From Chrysomallon squamiferum (taxonomy: Eukaryota > Animalia > Mollusca), in assembly GCA_012295275.1 (NCBI GenBank), contig CM022674.1, forward strand, positions 7,440,001-7,504,000: a stretch of DNA of 64,000 nucleotides. The letters run 5' to 3'. A program made the position numbers and the translations under genes. Shown here one piece after another: positions 1 through 19,480 of the stretch (within the stretch, counting starts at the first letter, position 1; every line of letters begins with the position of its first letter). Below the pieces are notes generated by a model that made no database searches, was not told the origin of the DNA, and saw nothing but the letters and a program-made list of their open reading frames with translations.

Positions 1-176
1 ATTAGTATGAACCTATTAAGATGTTCTGAATACAACTGTTTCATAAATGATAATTATTGGACAGTTTTACTTAAATTTCTTTCTCTACTGTTTTTTTTTT
101 TTTAAAAATATTTTGATGATAATTTTATTCAGCATTTAAAAATGTTAAAAATAATTTCATGATGTTTTTATTTCAG

Positions 177-4213
<4,037 letters not shown>

Positions 4214-6638
4214 CCGGTGAATTTCACACATTCCTGTAGTAGATTGGTGCAGAACGTTCATAGAAAATCAAAATGTCATTAGCATTTTGATTATTTGCCT
4301 CTTCAGTTGCATATCATTTTCTAAAAAGCTTGCTGTGCAAATAATATAAGTATTTCCAATCTTTTAATTTTAATTATCGAAGCAATGTAGACAATTTTGT
4401 TCTATAAGAATCCTGAAACCTGACAGTGGTGTTGTACCTCTTGTGAATTTTCACAGTTTTTTTAGTTTTTATTATTATTTAAACTTATTTCTATCACAAT
4501 AATGGCTCCCTATTCTTAAGTCTCTGACAGATGTTTATTTTATAAATATTATTATTTATTTTATTTATTAGCATTTTTTGGTATATAAAAAAACAACATG
4601 TAATTGTTGTAAAACCAAACATGACAAAATATTTTGATATTTTTTATATTGATTGAAACTTAAATAATGTGCTGTGAATTCCTTCTTTTATTATTTAAAA
4701 AAAAAGCTTTTGTGATCCAATTATAATTTATTTATATTATATACATTTTGTTAATTTTATACAAAATAGTTTCATTTTAGTGTTTCCTTGTGGCTATTTC
4801 ATTGAGATAAAAAAAAATCTGAATTCTATAAATAATGAAGAATGCATAATTTTTCCTTAATTTTTTGAAATGTACAAAAACTTAAGTATTTACAGACCTG
4901 AAAATATTTTAAAATATTTTATATTTTTCTATTTTATCTAAGATATAATTTGGTTCAGAATAATCATTTTCTTGAAACAATAAATAAATAAATAAATGAT
5001 TATGTTTGGTTATTCAGTGAGAAAAAGAAAAATACTTAATTGTTTACTGGATTTCTGGAAGAAAAGATTATAATAAATTTTAAAAAGTCAAAATAAATTT
5101 AAAAAAAACAAGAACTTAAATATATGTGACTGTTTGTTAACTGTAGGTTTGATAAAACAATGATTATTTTTCATTGGAAGCATCAGCTTTATTATTATTA
5201 TTATTATAAATAAAATAATTTTTGTATTTAATAATTTATTTTTTGTTATTCATAGAAAATGCTGGTCATGTTTGAACATTTTAGTTTGTTTAATTATAAT
5301 TTTTTGAAATAAAGCTTTAATATTAATATAAAGTGTTTTAAGAATTGTTTTCAGAACAAATTTTGTATGCTATCGTATCAAACATGTATGTATCTTTTTT
5401 TCATATATATATAATTATGATGTGACTTTTTAAAATTTCATAATTGTTTGGACAATATTCATAAATCAGTTAATATTTTATTTTACCATATTATCAAGTG
5501 TATTAATTAATATATACTCATCATTAATTCTCTCTCTCTTTTTTTTTTTTTGTGCCAAATTTATTATTATTAAAAATTATGCTTATTGTAAAAAAAAATT
5601 GTAAATGGTACAAAGCAAAAGTATTTGGTGGCTTGCTTTTTGTTTATTATTATAATAATCAGTGCCTATTACTTTGTGTAAATCTTTTTGTTAAAGGTCA
5701 AAACAAAATTAGTCCTGGCCAAATTGAACATTGTATTTGATAATGCTTTATGTGGTTTTAAATTATTAAATTCATTTTTTTGTTTCTTTGTTTTAAAATC
5801 TTATTATAATGTTGACGTTGAAATATTTACTGAATCATTTATTACGTTTTCTAGGTTTTACAATTTTGTTTGAGGATTTTCCTTACTGTTTTTTAAAAAT
5901 TAATTTTTTACTTTTACTTGTTATTTATGATTTGTTAATCAAAATAATGAAATTTTGTGAAGATTGTGGAAGGACAAAGGGATGTTACTCTTGTTTTATG
6001 TTAAATGGCTGGAATGTTTAAGAGTTTGTGTTGTTTCAAATCACAAAATCATGTTCTGATTATCACAAAACCGTAATTACTTTTATTTAGTGATCTCACA
6101 ACAGTTTTTTCTGTCATGACAAATCAGTGTTATATTTAGCATTTTGAGATAACCCCTTTATTTAAACATTGCAACAAGGGAATTAACTCTATCAGCTTTT
6201 AACACAAAATATATAATACAATTATTATTATATTTTTTTTTAAATTGAATCAAAAATGTGCATTATTTTTGTTTGCAGTGTGTTTTTGGATTCAGAAATG
6301 TTTGTTTATAATTGGAATTATTTAAATTTGATATGAATATTTGGACTGAATGTGGGTAAATAGCAAATAGGTATTATGTTAATTAATATATTTCATTTAA
6401 CTGATCTGATTATTATTAAAAAGAAATATATAAAAAAGCATTTAATAACAAACTAAATAAGGAAAAATTAAATGTAAATTTGTACACAGGTGAACAGTCA
6501 ACTAATTAAAATTAAGCAGTAAATTAAATCGTAATCTTTTTATAACAATTATTAATTTTTTAAAACAATAATGTATTACTGTATCAGACCATTGTCTTTT
6601 TGTTTTTGGATAGCAGTAGTAGTCATTAATTTTGTTAG

Positions 6639-6679
<41 letters not shown>

Positions 6680-7881
6680 TCACACTGGCACAGACACAGA
6701 CCCTCACCCCCCACCCACATCATATCCACCAAGGGATATATAAGTCTGTTTTAGGGTTAATGATAATTGTTACTTATTAAAAATGAAATTAATTTAGAAA
6801 TTTAATTTTTTTTCTTTCTTGACTTTTACACATGATTAGTATGTGTTACCTGTTTAAATGACAGTTCAGGTGAAGTGACAATTCTATTTTAGATTTGATT
6901 TTTTCAGTTTTTGTACAGGTAAATAAAATATACATACAGAAATATACAGAGTATTATCAATTTGTATTTTCAGTATAACAGTTCAGACATTTATATTTAC
7001 ATGTACTTTTTTTTTTTATATATATATAGAGAGGGAGAGAGAAATGTATTTTTAGATTGTTTTTAGTTGATTCATTAACATTTTATTGTTTTTACTATTA
7101 TTCATTATATTATTATTGAAATTACTACTAATAATACTCGTAACATGAAATTATTAACAGTATTTAAAACATTAGTTTGCCTTTTAACTTATTTTCTTTT
7201 TTGTTCTATAAACTCAAATAATTTATTCTTCAAATATTTAAAATATTATTTCAACAAATTAACTTGGGGAAATTTAATTATAGGTTAGGATAAAATTTAA
7301 AATAACTTTTATTTCAAAAAATTAACATGTGAAAGTTTATGATTAGTGTTAGCATAAAATTTAAAAAAAAATTTTTGTTTAAAAAAATTAACTTTGGAAA
7401 GTTAATTATGATCCTTTTTTTTCTTCTGATTTGTGTTTTGTTTTAATTTTGTGTGATGTATGTTAATGTAGAACATGTGAGTACACATGTTTTATGTTAA
7501 TGTGTATGTACAGACATGAACTTTTCTTCTTTTCTGTGTGTTCTAATGTGATAAAGTTTGATGTAAAAATACAATCTCACAGAATCTCATAGAAATACAT
7601 AGCAGTTAGCTTTATTAGTTTTGCTGTTTTAATTTAACATCTTATAACTTAAATAATAAAAAAATGTATTATTATTATTTCAATATAATTTTAAAAATCT
7701 TTTTTGTATTTCACCAGACATTTATGTGTGTTGAGCAGTGATGCTTTTCTGACAGTGGTGGAAATTAATAAGGATATCTAGAATTGACAGTTACTGACAT
7801 CTAAACGTTTTATTTATTTATTCATATTTAAGAAATAATTTTTTTAATTATTATTTTCTTTTTTTGTTGTTGTTTTGGGGG

Positions 7882-7945
<64 letters not shown>

Positions 7946-8238
7946 AGTAGATATTTGACAATATCTATCATGTTTGAATTTTGAATATTATTAATCAACT
8001 TCTGATTGTGGAAATTAATAACACAGAACAAAGAAAACTTAACTAATGTTTAATAAAATAATAATAATAAATAGCTTCATCGCAAATGGTTTTTGGGTTG
8101 TTTGTTGTTAATTATTTTTTTTTTTTTTTTGTTTTTTTTTAATCTATATATTTTTTTATATATATTCTTGAATTATTATTGTTGAAAAAAAAATTTGATT
8201 AGGATTAATATATTTGTTTTTATTATTATTTTTTTTTT

Positions 8239-8274
<36 letters not shown>

Positions 8275-8629
8275 TTTGTAATTATGAAATATTTAACGTC
8301 GGAACAAAAATGGGAGATAATTTGCCATCAACTGCATTAATATGATCAGGTAAAGTCATCTCTCTTCGAAATCTTGTATAATGCACCTAAGAGTGGTACA
8401 ACCTATTTAAATGTAAAATTCATAGAAATTTCCTTAATTACATTATAGAACTTATGAAAACGTATATTCCACAAACACACACAATAAATAAAATAGGTCT
8501 ATAAAAAGATACATGATTAAAATAATAATATAAATAAAATGACAATAAAAAGAATAATGTAGAAAAACTGTTATGTTAAATACGTAAAACTTTGATTAAA
8601 ACATCGTGTGTCGTTCTAAATTTTAAAAT

Positions 8630-8690
<61 letters not shown>

Positions 8691-8958
8691 GAGTTTACAC
8701 ATAGCTAGATAAACATTATACTTGTCAGTTCTCACTCGTTAATTCTGCACTTGTTGACTTACTGTGTTGACATGTGTTGTATGAAAACAGAAACTGTACA
8801 GCTTCAATGCAGTTAGAAATAGATTGCATTATTTATTTATTTATTTAAACTTTGAGTCATGAAAACATAGAGCTGCGAATAAATAAATTAGTTAACAAAT
8901 ATATAAATAAAAAAAAAAAAAACAATTAACTAACTAACTATATATATAAATAATACCT

Positions 8959-8997
<39 letters not shown>

Positions 8998-9189
8998 CAA
9001 ACATCTTATTTGTTTATTTGTTATATAACGGCCTTTACTTAGATTATATTCTCTAAAAAACATAAGATTATTTCCGAGTAGTAATAATTACACAATATGC
9101 TCTCAGTATTAATTTCCCATTCCAACTAAGAACAGTCACTACATGTACTGCCCAGCCTCTGTGTGGAATTAGGAGAGAGATGAATGGTA

Positions 9190-9430
9190 GCTGGGTGAAA
9201 ACAGCCACGCTCGCGTATATCACGAGTTATCTAACGCACGCGGCGGTTCTTCGCCGTCTTTCGCGTTATTTGACACAAGTAGCTGTTCTTTCGGATACAG
9301 TTTCCTTTCTCGCTTTTTTCTGACATTCCACGAAGCCGACAGGTATTTGCAAACTTCAGAGAAACATTGGAGTTTTTCTATTATTACTGCGAGTAAGAAG
9401 CGGTTTGCAATTTACAAGACCACGTGGTGA
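9190..9430. promoter_or_regulatory. CpG-rich promoter-like island
   Basis: Dense CpG (ctcgcgt, cacgcggcgg, ttcgcgtt) against a CpG-poor background; CAG|gtattt donor at ~9342; CACGTG at 9421. Confidence 0.45.
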
Positions 9431-10199
9431 TCTTTGTAACACTCTCTGTAGGCTATAGTTCTTTTTTCCTTCTTCTTCTTTTTTTTCTTTCTTTTTTTTT
9501 TTTCTTTTTTATTGTAGTTATACATACAGAACTACAAATCTTTTTCTGTTCTTTTTTCTTTCTTCTTTTTCTACTTTTTTCTTTTTGTCTTTCTTTTTCT
9601 CTTTGAAAACTAAAATATATACTATTAATTAAAATAAATAAATTAATTAATTAATTAATAAAGGAAATCATCTGTTTGTTTTGATGTTGGTCTCGTATAA
9701 TAATTAATTATAATAGCTTGAATGAATTATTCTCCAAAGTTTGTTTTAGCTGTGAACTTTCCTCTGGTAAACGTAATAAAAACAAAACAAACAAACAAAC
9801 AAACACACAAAACAATAATCACAATAATCACAATAAAAATAAATATATATATATAAACGAAAAACCACATCAACTACATATATATAGGCATTTATTTTCA
9901 CTTTGTTTGAAAATAAAGAAATAATTAATAAATTATTTCATCCCCTGCTACTACAAATACTAAAACTACTGCTGCATTTTATAAATACTATTACAGCTGC
10001 TATTACTTCTACAAATAACAACGATTATTCCGTCTCCTACTACAGATACTATTACTACTTCTACACTACTAAAACAACTCCTACTACTGCACCCACTACA
10101 ACAAATATTACTATTACTAATATTAATAATAAAAACCACAATGACAGAGAACTATTTTTAACCGAAGTCTGTGTGTAACTAATCTTAACATGTTTCTTG

Positions 10200-10720
10200 T
10201 TTGTAACACCTCGTTTCCAATCTCCGGTGTAGTACTGCTTCAGAATGGAAAATACAACGTGGTCTCAGGCCAGTGTTCGGTTTCAGACATCTGTAACCGC
10301 AGCAGAAGCAGCGATCCTACGCGGACAGCATCTGTGTGAAAATAATGACCTCGTGGATGCCCTCGCAGATAAAAAATAAATTATTTGTAAACTTTGGTAC
10401 AACAAGTTCGCTTATCGTAGAGTTTCCGCGCCCTTAGTAAAAAAAAAAAAAAAAAAAAAAAGCGCGCGAGATTACCTTTGTGTCGTCTGCGTTGTGCAGC
10501 GCGCCTCTTGTTGCCGTATTGATTAAAGTTAAACAAATAGAAGGTTTATAAACGTGGCAGTGATTTATTGGTAAGTATAACCCACAGAGAAACAGGCGGC
10601 TGTTTTCCGAGATAATCTCAATAAAATAAAAGTCGACGAGGTGAACCGATGTTTATTACAGAAATAAATCGTTATTACTGGTAAAAATATGACAAAACCG
10701 CGGAAGGAATATTAACGTTC
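10200..10720. promoter_or_regulatory. CpG-rich promoter-like island with strong donor at 10570/10571
   Basis: gcgcgcgaga after a poly(A) tract, gcagcgcgcc, TTG|gtaagt. Confidence 0.45.
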
Positions 10721-11126
10721 GTAATGAAAAACTGCCAATAATTTCCATTCCTTTTGTTTAATGGGACCAATTTTACAACTCCAATAACCATTAATTCACA
10801 CGGGAACACCAGTTTGTCAAAACGAACTTATTTTAATCTGAAAATGTTGAACCAAAGGATACAGCAGAATAACAATAATAATAAAAATAATGGAAGAAAA
10901 TTTGAATAATATTAACATTATATTGCATCGAAATGAAACCGCTACATAGAATTTGAGATGAATGAAGAGTTCATACTGTAATAAACTGGCTGAATCCGAG
11001 TAAAAACTTAGTTGTATGAATGGATGGATGTTTATAGAGATAGACAGATAGACATAAGAAAGTCGAAACTCGTTATGATAAGCAGCAAGGCAACTTTTAT
11101 AAGTACCCTCCAGCAGACAGCAGAGT

Positions 11127-11193
<67 letters not shown>

Positions 11194-11350
11194 AGTGTTA
11201 AAGGTAAATCAGTGGTGAAATAAAAAAAAATTAAAACCAAAAAATTTAAAATGATTAGACCACTGAAGAGGCTGATCACACATTATATCAGCATTTTAAC
11301 TGTTGATCTATATAAAAAAAAGAACAAAAACAAAAAAAAAAAAAACCAAA

Positions 11351-11389
<39 letters not shown>

Positions 11390-11579
11390 AAAAAATAAAA
11401 AAAAAAAATAATAAAAAAAAATCGTTGAATGCTGGTTAAAAGGTAAAACCAATAAACAAATAATATAACATAACATAACATAACATAATTATTTAAAAGC
11501 GTGTTTTAGTTAAAACATAACGATGCTTTAATTACTAACAGTCTGCACTAAGTTTCATACAGCTTATAACAGAACTTCA

Positions 11580-12310
11580 CCGTCAAATACCTCTGCAAAC
11601 GTAACGTCTTGCGTGTGCTTCTAAGAAAAGTATTATAATTATTTTGACAAAACTAACGTTGTGGTAGTATACATTGTCTACAGAATTAACTGCACGTGTT
11701 GTTAAGCGAACTTTCGTACGGTCTACACAATTAGCATTCGGCTGCACGTGTCTCGCGCAGAGCTCGCGCAGAGCAGAAGCAACACAATGGCCAAACTCAT
11801 TCGACATCTGGTTAGAATCAGCAGTCTCGGATTGCAGTACAAACTATAAAGGTTTCCACTTGCTTTGTATGTATCTTGAACAGCGATAGCGAACACGCAC
11901 GGCTATTGTACCTACACGTGGCTCGTGCCCGCATTTATTTGTACAGGGTCAGGTGCTGTAAACACCGGCCGTTTCCGCAAACAAACCACACGACTACCTT
12001 CGAGGGAAACACAGCTCCCGTTTGCCGCCAGCAACAGTCGCCGAGAGAGAGGCAGTCTGCAGGGCACCTGTTTTCACAGCTTAATGTGACGTCATCTGCA
12101 GAACCTCGTGCAGAAATCACAATTAGCCATGATGGAGGGTGCGACTTCCGGTTCCTGAGGCAGACAGTGACTGATGCAGAGTGAGGCAGAGCGAGAGGGA
12201 TCGTGGGTTGAGGCAGACACGTTGACTGAAATGAAAATGTTTTATTCAGCGCTGCAGTCAAAACATTTGTAATCTGCAGTTAAAGGGGCTGTCGCTACCA
12301 CAACATGGTT
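11580..12310. promoter_or_regulatory. CpG-rich island with E-box, CRE and ETS motifs
   Basis: CACGTG at ~11693, ~11744 and ~11915; ctcgcgcaga twice; TGACGTCA ~12087; ACTTCCGG ~12144. Confidence 0.5.
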
Positions 12311-12932
12311 CCTGTTCTTTCTATTTCTTTCTTTTGATATACACGATGGCACATACCACGACGCTGACAAATCTTTTGTAATCCTTAAATATATTTTTAG
12401 GGAGATATACTTAATGAAGCAAATACATTCATACATGATGACAGACACACAGATTAGACAGGTATACAGACAAACCGACCGACTGATAGACTCATAGATG
12501 TAAGATAGTATGACAGACAGATAGATATACGGAAAGAACGAAGATAGATAGGTAGAGAGATTAACAGATAATAGGTAGAGGGATAGATAGAGAGACAGAC
12601 AGACGGACAGACAAAGAAAGTCAGTAAGACATTCAAGCTGATTTATAAGCACTAAATTAATCATCAAAGTTAAATAAAATAAAAAAGAGATAAATTTCTT
12701 TCCTTTCCAAACATTTTAACACTTCTCGTTCCAATTATTTTCAAGTTTGGATGCCATCTGGCCAACCAATCAAATATCGGGTTACATGCAGAAGTAATTA
12801 TTTTCGTGTTTTTTTCTTCGTTTGTTCGTTTGATTCTTTTTTTCGCTTTTTTTTTTTCTTTGTTCCAAAAAGTTGATGGAGAAACTGAAAATAAATAAAT
12901 AAATAAATAAAATAAATTAATTAATAAAATAA

Positions 12933-13012
<80 letters not shown>

Positions 13013-14460
13013 CAACAACAACATTACATAAATAAAATAGATAAATATTTACTCACTTACTTTTAGCTGAATGGTATTTGTTCTTCTGCCACATTAAACT
13101 CTGAAGAAAATCAATTTTGAATAAAACAAAAACAGAGAACAACATCGGCCCAGTTTTGTTTGCATTGCTCATATTACATAAGAAAACAACAACTTAAGTT
13201 GTCTGAAAAGAAACAAAAGCATTGTGATGTCATGATACATGACGTCATGAGTTAAAATATTAATATATGCATATAATCACTGACAGGTTAAAATTGTGGC
13301 AGCACTTTTCGGTTCACCACTGCGGAAATTCTGTTGATGCGTGTAATGGAAATTCTGCAGCATCAGCAGCAGTTATCTTCCCTGTTTGATCTCAATTTTC
13401 TTACTTTCCAACAAAGGAAGAAACTCTTAGAAACGTTTCTCCAACGCGTATGGTTCGTTTGGCGATATCGTATTACGGCGATTTCGTACATAGTTTATTA
13501 GCATGCTGGGCAAAATTTTCATCCAATAATATGCTAGTAATGAAATAAGCTCGAAGCGTCAAAGTTGTAATTGATTGGAAACCATCTCAAAGGGGACAAC
13601 AGGCGCGCTGGCGAACGAGATTGTTTAAAGAATGTTCTCGTGTTCATTATCCAAGCACGCTATCGTGTAATACAATTATCAGACGAACGGAGTATTATTT
13701 GTGGTGGAAAACGCGGTCTAGACCCCTCATCTAAGCTAGTTATCTTTGCAAAATGAATATTTGAACAATTTTCAACACGCAAAGATAAGCAGATTTGTAA
13801 TTATTTGCCATTTCTTGGCAAATACTTTTTTTTTTTTTTTTTTTCGTTCTGTTCCAAAGCGAACCTTAGAGAATTAAAGAAATAGATTAAAGTTTTTATT
13901 TATCTCCGTCACAACTGTTGCGAATTTCCGATTAACTGTTTTAAATCTCTGAGCGGTATTTTCCTCTAATAAGAATACCGCGGCACGTAACTAGAAAGAA
14001 ATTGGATAAAATTCTGCAGATTGCGTTTATTTTATTTTCATTTTCTTTCTTTTCTTTTTTTTTTTTTTCTTTTTTCTTAGCCGAAAGCAAAAGATTTTTG
14101 TGCGTAGGTTATTTTATTTTGTTTTTATTTTATTTTATTTTTTTCCCCTTCTTAAAGAATTCCGTCCAGCTTTTTGGCCTTCCTTCATTGGTATTGTCTT
14201 TCTTAGTCTTCGTGGTCTTCTTGAATTCTGTTCTTTCTAAATTTCTTTCTTTCTTATTTCCCATGTTGTTCCCAAATCACAATTTCGACTTCTTTTTGTT
14301 TTTTGTGGTGTGTATGTGTCGATCTTTTTTCATTCCTTCTTCTTTCTTTCATCTTCATTATATTTGTTTTCTCTTTCTGTTTTGTTTGTGTGTATCAGCC
14401 TATTACACACAGAGAGACAGAGAGACAGACAAACAAACAGAAAGACAGACAGACAGACAG

Positions 14461-14534
14461 ACAGAGGTCCATGCCAATGAAGTGCTGTTTTTCTAGGAGT
14501 CAGATTTGGTGAACTGAGACCAGTCACAGTGTGC

Positions 14535-14567
<33 letters not shown>

Positions 14568-14686
14568 GGCAGGCAGACAGACAGACAGGCAGGCAGACAG
14601 ACAGACAGGCAGACAGAGGTCCATGTCAATGAAGTGCTGTTTTTCTAGGAGTCAGATTTGGTGAACTGAGACCAGTCACAGTGTGC
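14461..14686. repeat. 74-bp direct duplication (14461-14534 and 14613-14686) separated by (GACA/GGCA)n
   Basis: Copies are identical except for one C/T difference. Confidence 0.93.
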
Positions 14687-14954
14687 TTGATCTTCTAGTC
14701 CAGCATCACTTCAGATCAATGAAACTGATTAATTTTTGTAATGTTATACGCGGATAATTCCCCAGTAATGTCTTTGTAATGTAATAATATGCTTTGACAA
14801 TTTACAAATGATAAATGGTATTTCCTTCCACATATTCATTTTGTGGCGAAATAAGAGATCAGAATGAAACGAATACATCAATTATTAATGTTTATTGTTA
14901 TAATTATCATCATAATCATTATTATTATTATTATTAATGTTATTATTGTTATTG

Positions 14955-14994
<40 letters not shown>

Positions 14995-15169
14995 CATCAT
15001 CATCATCATCATCATCATAACAATTTCTTTCTATCGTTACACCTTCCCTCTGTCTATGTCTATTTAGCTGCCTGTCTGTCTGTCTGTCTATTTATCTGTC
15101 TGTCTGTCTGTATATCTATTTATCTGTCTGTCTATATTCTAACAAATAATGCATGCATAAACATATACA

Positions 15170-15651
15170 CGCCCTTACATACATACACATAAACACATAC
15201 ATACGTAAAACATATACATAAAATAAACACATGATATACACATGTATAAGTACAGACACTCATAAATACGCACACACAAATACATACACACATATACATA
15301 AATATATACATAAACACATAAATACATAAACATACACATACTCTCATAAACACATAAACACAAACATACACACATATTCTCATAAACATATAAATACATA
15401 AACATATGCATACCTTCATAAACATATAAATATATAAACATATGTATACTCTCATAAACATACAAATACCTAAATATACACATACCCTCATAAACATATA
15501 AGTACATAAACAAACCCCCTCATAACATATACATATCCCCATAAACGCGTGAATACATATATATATATATATACACACACACATACCTCATAAACATATA
15601 CTCACCCTCATAAACACATAAATACATAAACAAATACACACCTCCAAAAAC

Positions 15652-15682
<31 letters not shown>

Positions 15683-15730
15683 TCATAAACACGTACACAA
15701 ACACATATACACCCTTATAAACACATACGT
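15170..15730. repeat. Degenerate ~36-bp CA-rich repeat (CTCATAAACATATAAATACATAAACA...)
   Basis: ctcataaac recurs more than 10 times. Confidence 0.75.
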
Positions 15731-16110
15731 ATCGTTATGAATATATATTTATCTATACATGCCTGAGAAACACACACACACACACACACATATAAGCAAA
15801 TACATACATACATACATACATATACACAGAGGCAATATCTAAAATGTCTAAACTATCTATTGCATTTCCTTCCTCGCATCACTACGTCATATTCTCACTC
15901 TACACCATGTTACTTTCTGTTTGATCTAAACAAACAGCGAAGCGGAAATGACGTCAAAACAAACATTCCTTTCTTGTTAAAGTGATGAAGTTGGCAAGGG
16001 GCTGATCCATGTTTTCAGAAAAAAAAAAAAAAAAAAAAAAAAATGGAGATTACGACTTTCAGAATGAAATTAGTTTCATTATATGAGGAAACAAAAAAGC
16101 AACAACAAGC

Positions 16111-16186
<76 letters not shown>

Positions 16187-16293
16187 AAAGACATTAATAA
16201 ATAAGTATAAAAATAAATAAATAAATTTAAAAAATAAATAAATAAAATTAACTAATTAATATAAATATAAATATGAATGAATGAATGAATGAA

Positions 16294-16370
<77 letters not shown>

Positions 16371-16893
16371 GATAGGTCTGTGTACTTACATTTGTTGACC
16401 TGTAATTATCTGTGTGTCGTGTGGTCAGTATTACCGGAAATGTCAATCACCTGACTTTTTAACGGCTAAAAATAGGTTGAATAATATAACCTTTTAACAC
16501 TTTCTGATCACACACACCCACTAGAATAATATCCTGAAGTGCAGAAGTAAAGTATTAGATATTAAAAATGAATTTAAAAAAAAAAAAGAATGAGAAGAAA
16601 TCTTACTACTGCAAGTGTCTGTTTTTTTTTATTTTTTCTCGATTTTGAAATACCTGCAGGTGTTTGTATCTACGTGCAGAATTAGAAATATTTAAAACTT
16701 TTCATTTACTAATGTATTAGTTTCCTGTAGTTTATGTTAATCGTGAGTATATAAATTATTATTATTATTGTTGTTGTTGTTGTTGTTGTTTTATTATTAT
16801 TATTTGTATTATTGTTTGTTACTGTAGCTGTCATTCACACCATTATCATCATCATTGTCATTATTATTGATATAGTAAGAATAGCAGTAATAC

Positions 16894-16924
<31 letters not shown>

Positions 16925-18159
16925 ATAAAAGTGGTAATGGTAATAGTATCAGCAGAGCAACAGCAGCAGTGGTAATAGTAACAGTAATAGTAGTAGTAGT
17001 AGTTGTTGTAGTTACAAATCTAATAATTATATGTAATAATAAAAATTATACATTAGTTGCGGTTCTTATTTTGTAGTAAAAACTGTTGTAGTAGTTGCTG
17101 TTGTTATAGACAGAGATAGATTAGTACGGTAGTAGTTATATAAGTATTCTTATTCTATCGTAGTAGCTATAGTAGTAGTTTGTTACAGATATAACAGTTA
17201 CATTAGTGCAGTAGTGATAGTAATATATATACTCAAAGCAGTTCTGGTTCTGTAGTGGTAGCTGAAGTAGTTGTAGTGGTTGTAGCTATTATATGAGTAA
17301 CATATGTACTAGTAGTAGTAGTAGCTGTGATACCTATAGTTATCTTTGTAGATACAAATGAAACAATTATATCAGAAAACAAAATAAAGAAAAACAAATG
17401 CGTGTTTTGTTGCCTTTACCGATAATTGTAATATAAAATGTTAATAAATAAATAAATATATAATAAAAATAATAATAATAATCACACACACACAAACACG
17501 AAAAAGAAAAACAGTAACAAAAATAAATGAATAAATAAAAATTAAAAGTTATATACGCGGAGACAGTAATAACAACAACAACAACAACATCATTAAAATT
17601 TTAAAAAAAGAAAGAAGAAATAACGATTAAAAAAATAAAGAAAAATTAAAAAAGAAAAAGAAAAAGAAAGAACGAATGAAGAAGAAAAAATTCAACGAAA
17701 TAAAGAAACGTTAAAAGAAAAAGATTGTTTACAAATAACATAATACTATAAATTATTGCCTCGAATGTTATCTTTTAAATTCTCAACATTTTTCATCGAA
17801 AATAAGCATTTTTGTATTCTAGTTTATTTCCAGTTTATTTTTACCATAGAAAATAATACTGAGTTTCACATTAATATTTAAAATTTAGTTTCACATTAAT
17901 ATTTATAATTTACGTTTATATAAAGTCGCATAAAAGGTAGAGAGAAGACGACTGTTAAAGTATTCAAGATCAGATACAATTTTCTTTACTACGTACAAAT
18001 AAAAAACAACAACAACAACAAAAAAAAAACATTAGAAAAAAAAAGAAAGAAAAAAAGGTGTAAACAAAAGAGTTGAAAGCAAAAAAAGAAGAATTTAGTA
18101 GTATCTATTTCAATCGCATTTTTTCTCTATGTGTCATTTGAGAAAAACTCTCAGTTGCT

Positions 18160-18850
18160 GACGTTTTTATAGTCGTATGCACTACTTCGTAAGTCATTCG
18201 TAACTTTTGAGACGTCCCCTAGAGCAATCCGACCAATGCCAAGGCCACTACCCAACACACTGTGTGTATGTAGGCTGTCAACAATGTATTGGCGCATTCA
18301 GGTATGTTCGGTGTGGCTTTGCAGGGGAAATACTCTACTTCTGTGAATCACATATAACGGGTAAGTGTCTACATTTATTGTAATTATCAACATTAACACT
18401 TATAGCAGACGAACGAGGCTTCAATCTGTACGATTTCCATCAGCGTGTACTCTCATCTTTATTATTATTTTTTTTTCTTCCATTCTTATCTTACGGCATG
18501 GCCTCATGTCCGCGGTTCCCAGCCTGGTCAGTTTTGAACCTTCGCTCATTAGTTTGTTTAGAAAGAAGAAGTGTTCCGTTCATTCAGCAGGAAATCGCTG
18601 ATTTCATCAGTGCAGGAAATTTGGTTGTGTGTAGTTACTGTAACGTAATTTAGTTCGGCAGAAAAGGATTGGAACATGGCAAAGAAGCGTAGCAAGGGGT
18701 GGTATAAGAAAACGTAAAATGTGACCGTTAACGGGATGTCATTGTTTAACACCTGCCATTTTTGGAATTCTTTCACCTGTGCAAGGAAGGCCGTGGGGGG
18801 GATTTCTTGACTGTTTTATCGACAGGTGGCATGTTAACGGTTTTCAAGTT
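18160..18850. promoter_or_regulatory. CpG-enriched island with CCAAT and two splice donors
   Basis: gaccaatg ~18231; CAG|gtatgt at 18301; CGG|gtaagt at 18360. Confidence 0.4.
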
Positions 18851-19043
18851 CAACAGACACAGTCATATTGGATAAAACGATTGTGAAGATTAGCCAGTTG
18901 GAAAGATATATCAGAATAAAATGAATTTGAGGTGTTTACGTATTGAAAATAGTTTAATAAAATAAACAGGATACATTATTGCTCGTAAACTTTAACAAGT
19001 CTCAATAATTAAAAAAACAGAATATGTTTATCTTTTCTAATAC

Positions 19044-19121
<78 letters not shown>

Positions 19122-19427
19122 TTTGCTTAAAGCTAAGTGAAATATCTCTTCCAAACTTAGCTTCAACTTAAGAATAAAAAATAAAAATATTTATAGAATG
19201 ATTTAACAACGAATGGATTTGTAAATATTTAATCCATTTTAATATTATTAATACCTGTCAAACTTAAGTATTCTCATAAAAATATGTTTATCAGAGACAA
19301 ACTGAAAACCATTCCATGAGCTACTGAATAGCAGAAAGTAATATCTAACTTACACCTCGTAAGTTGCAGAAAACAGCAGTGTTTAAGACACTGGCTGGAA
19401 TGTTAAAACCTAAAGTGTGTGCACTGA

Positions 19428-19480
19428 GAAGAAATGATCCAACAACCTGTGATATGACAGTCTAACCACTGGACCACATC
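19428..19480 (-). mobile_element. Degenerate tRNA-derived SINE head
   Basis: Minus strand reads TGTGGTCCAGTGGTTAGAC (A-box) ... TTGGATCATTTC (weak B-box). Confidence 0.3.

Noticed and set aside
11876-12261. Overlapping 102 and 108 aa ORFs in the GC-rich island
   Set aside because: Non-ATG starts and no recognisable protein; open frames are expected from the local GC content
18719-18745. ATGTGACCGTTA resembles the 5' end of miR-2001
   Set aside because: The 3' half diverges and there is no pre-miRNA hairpin
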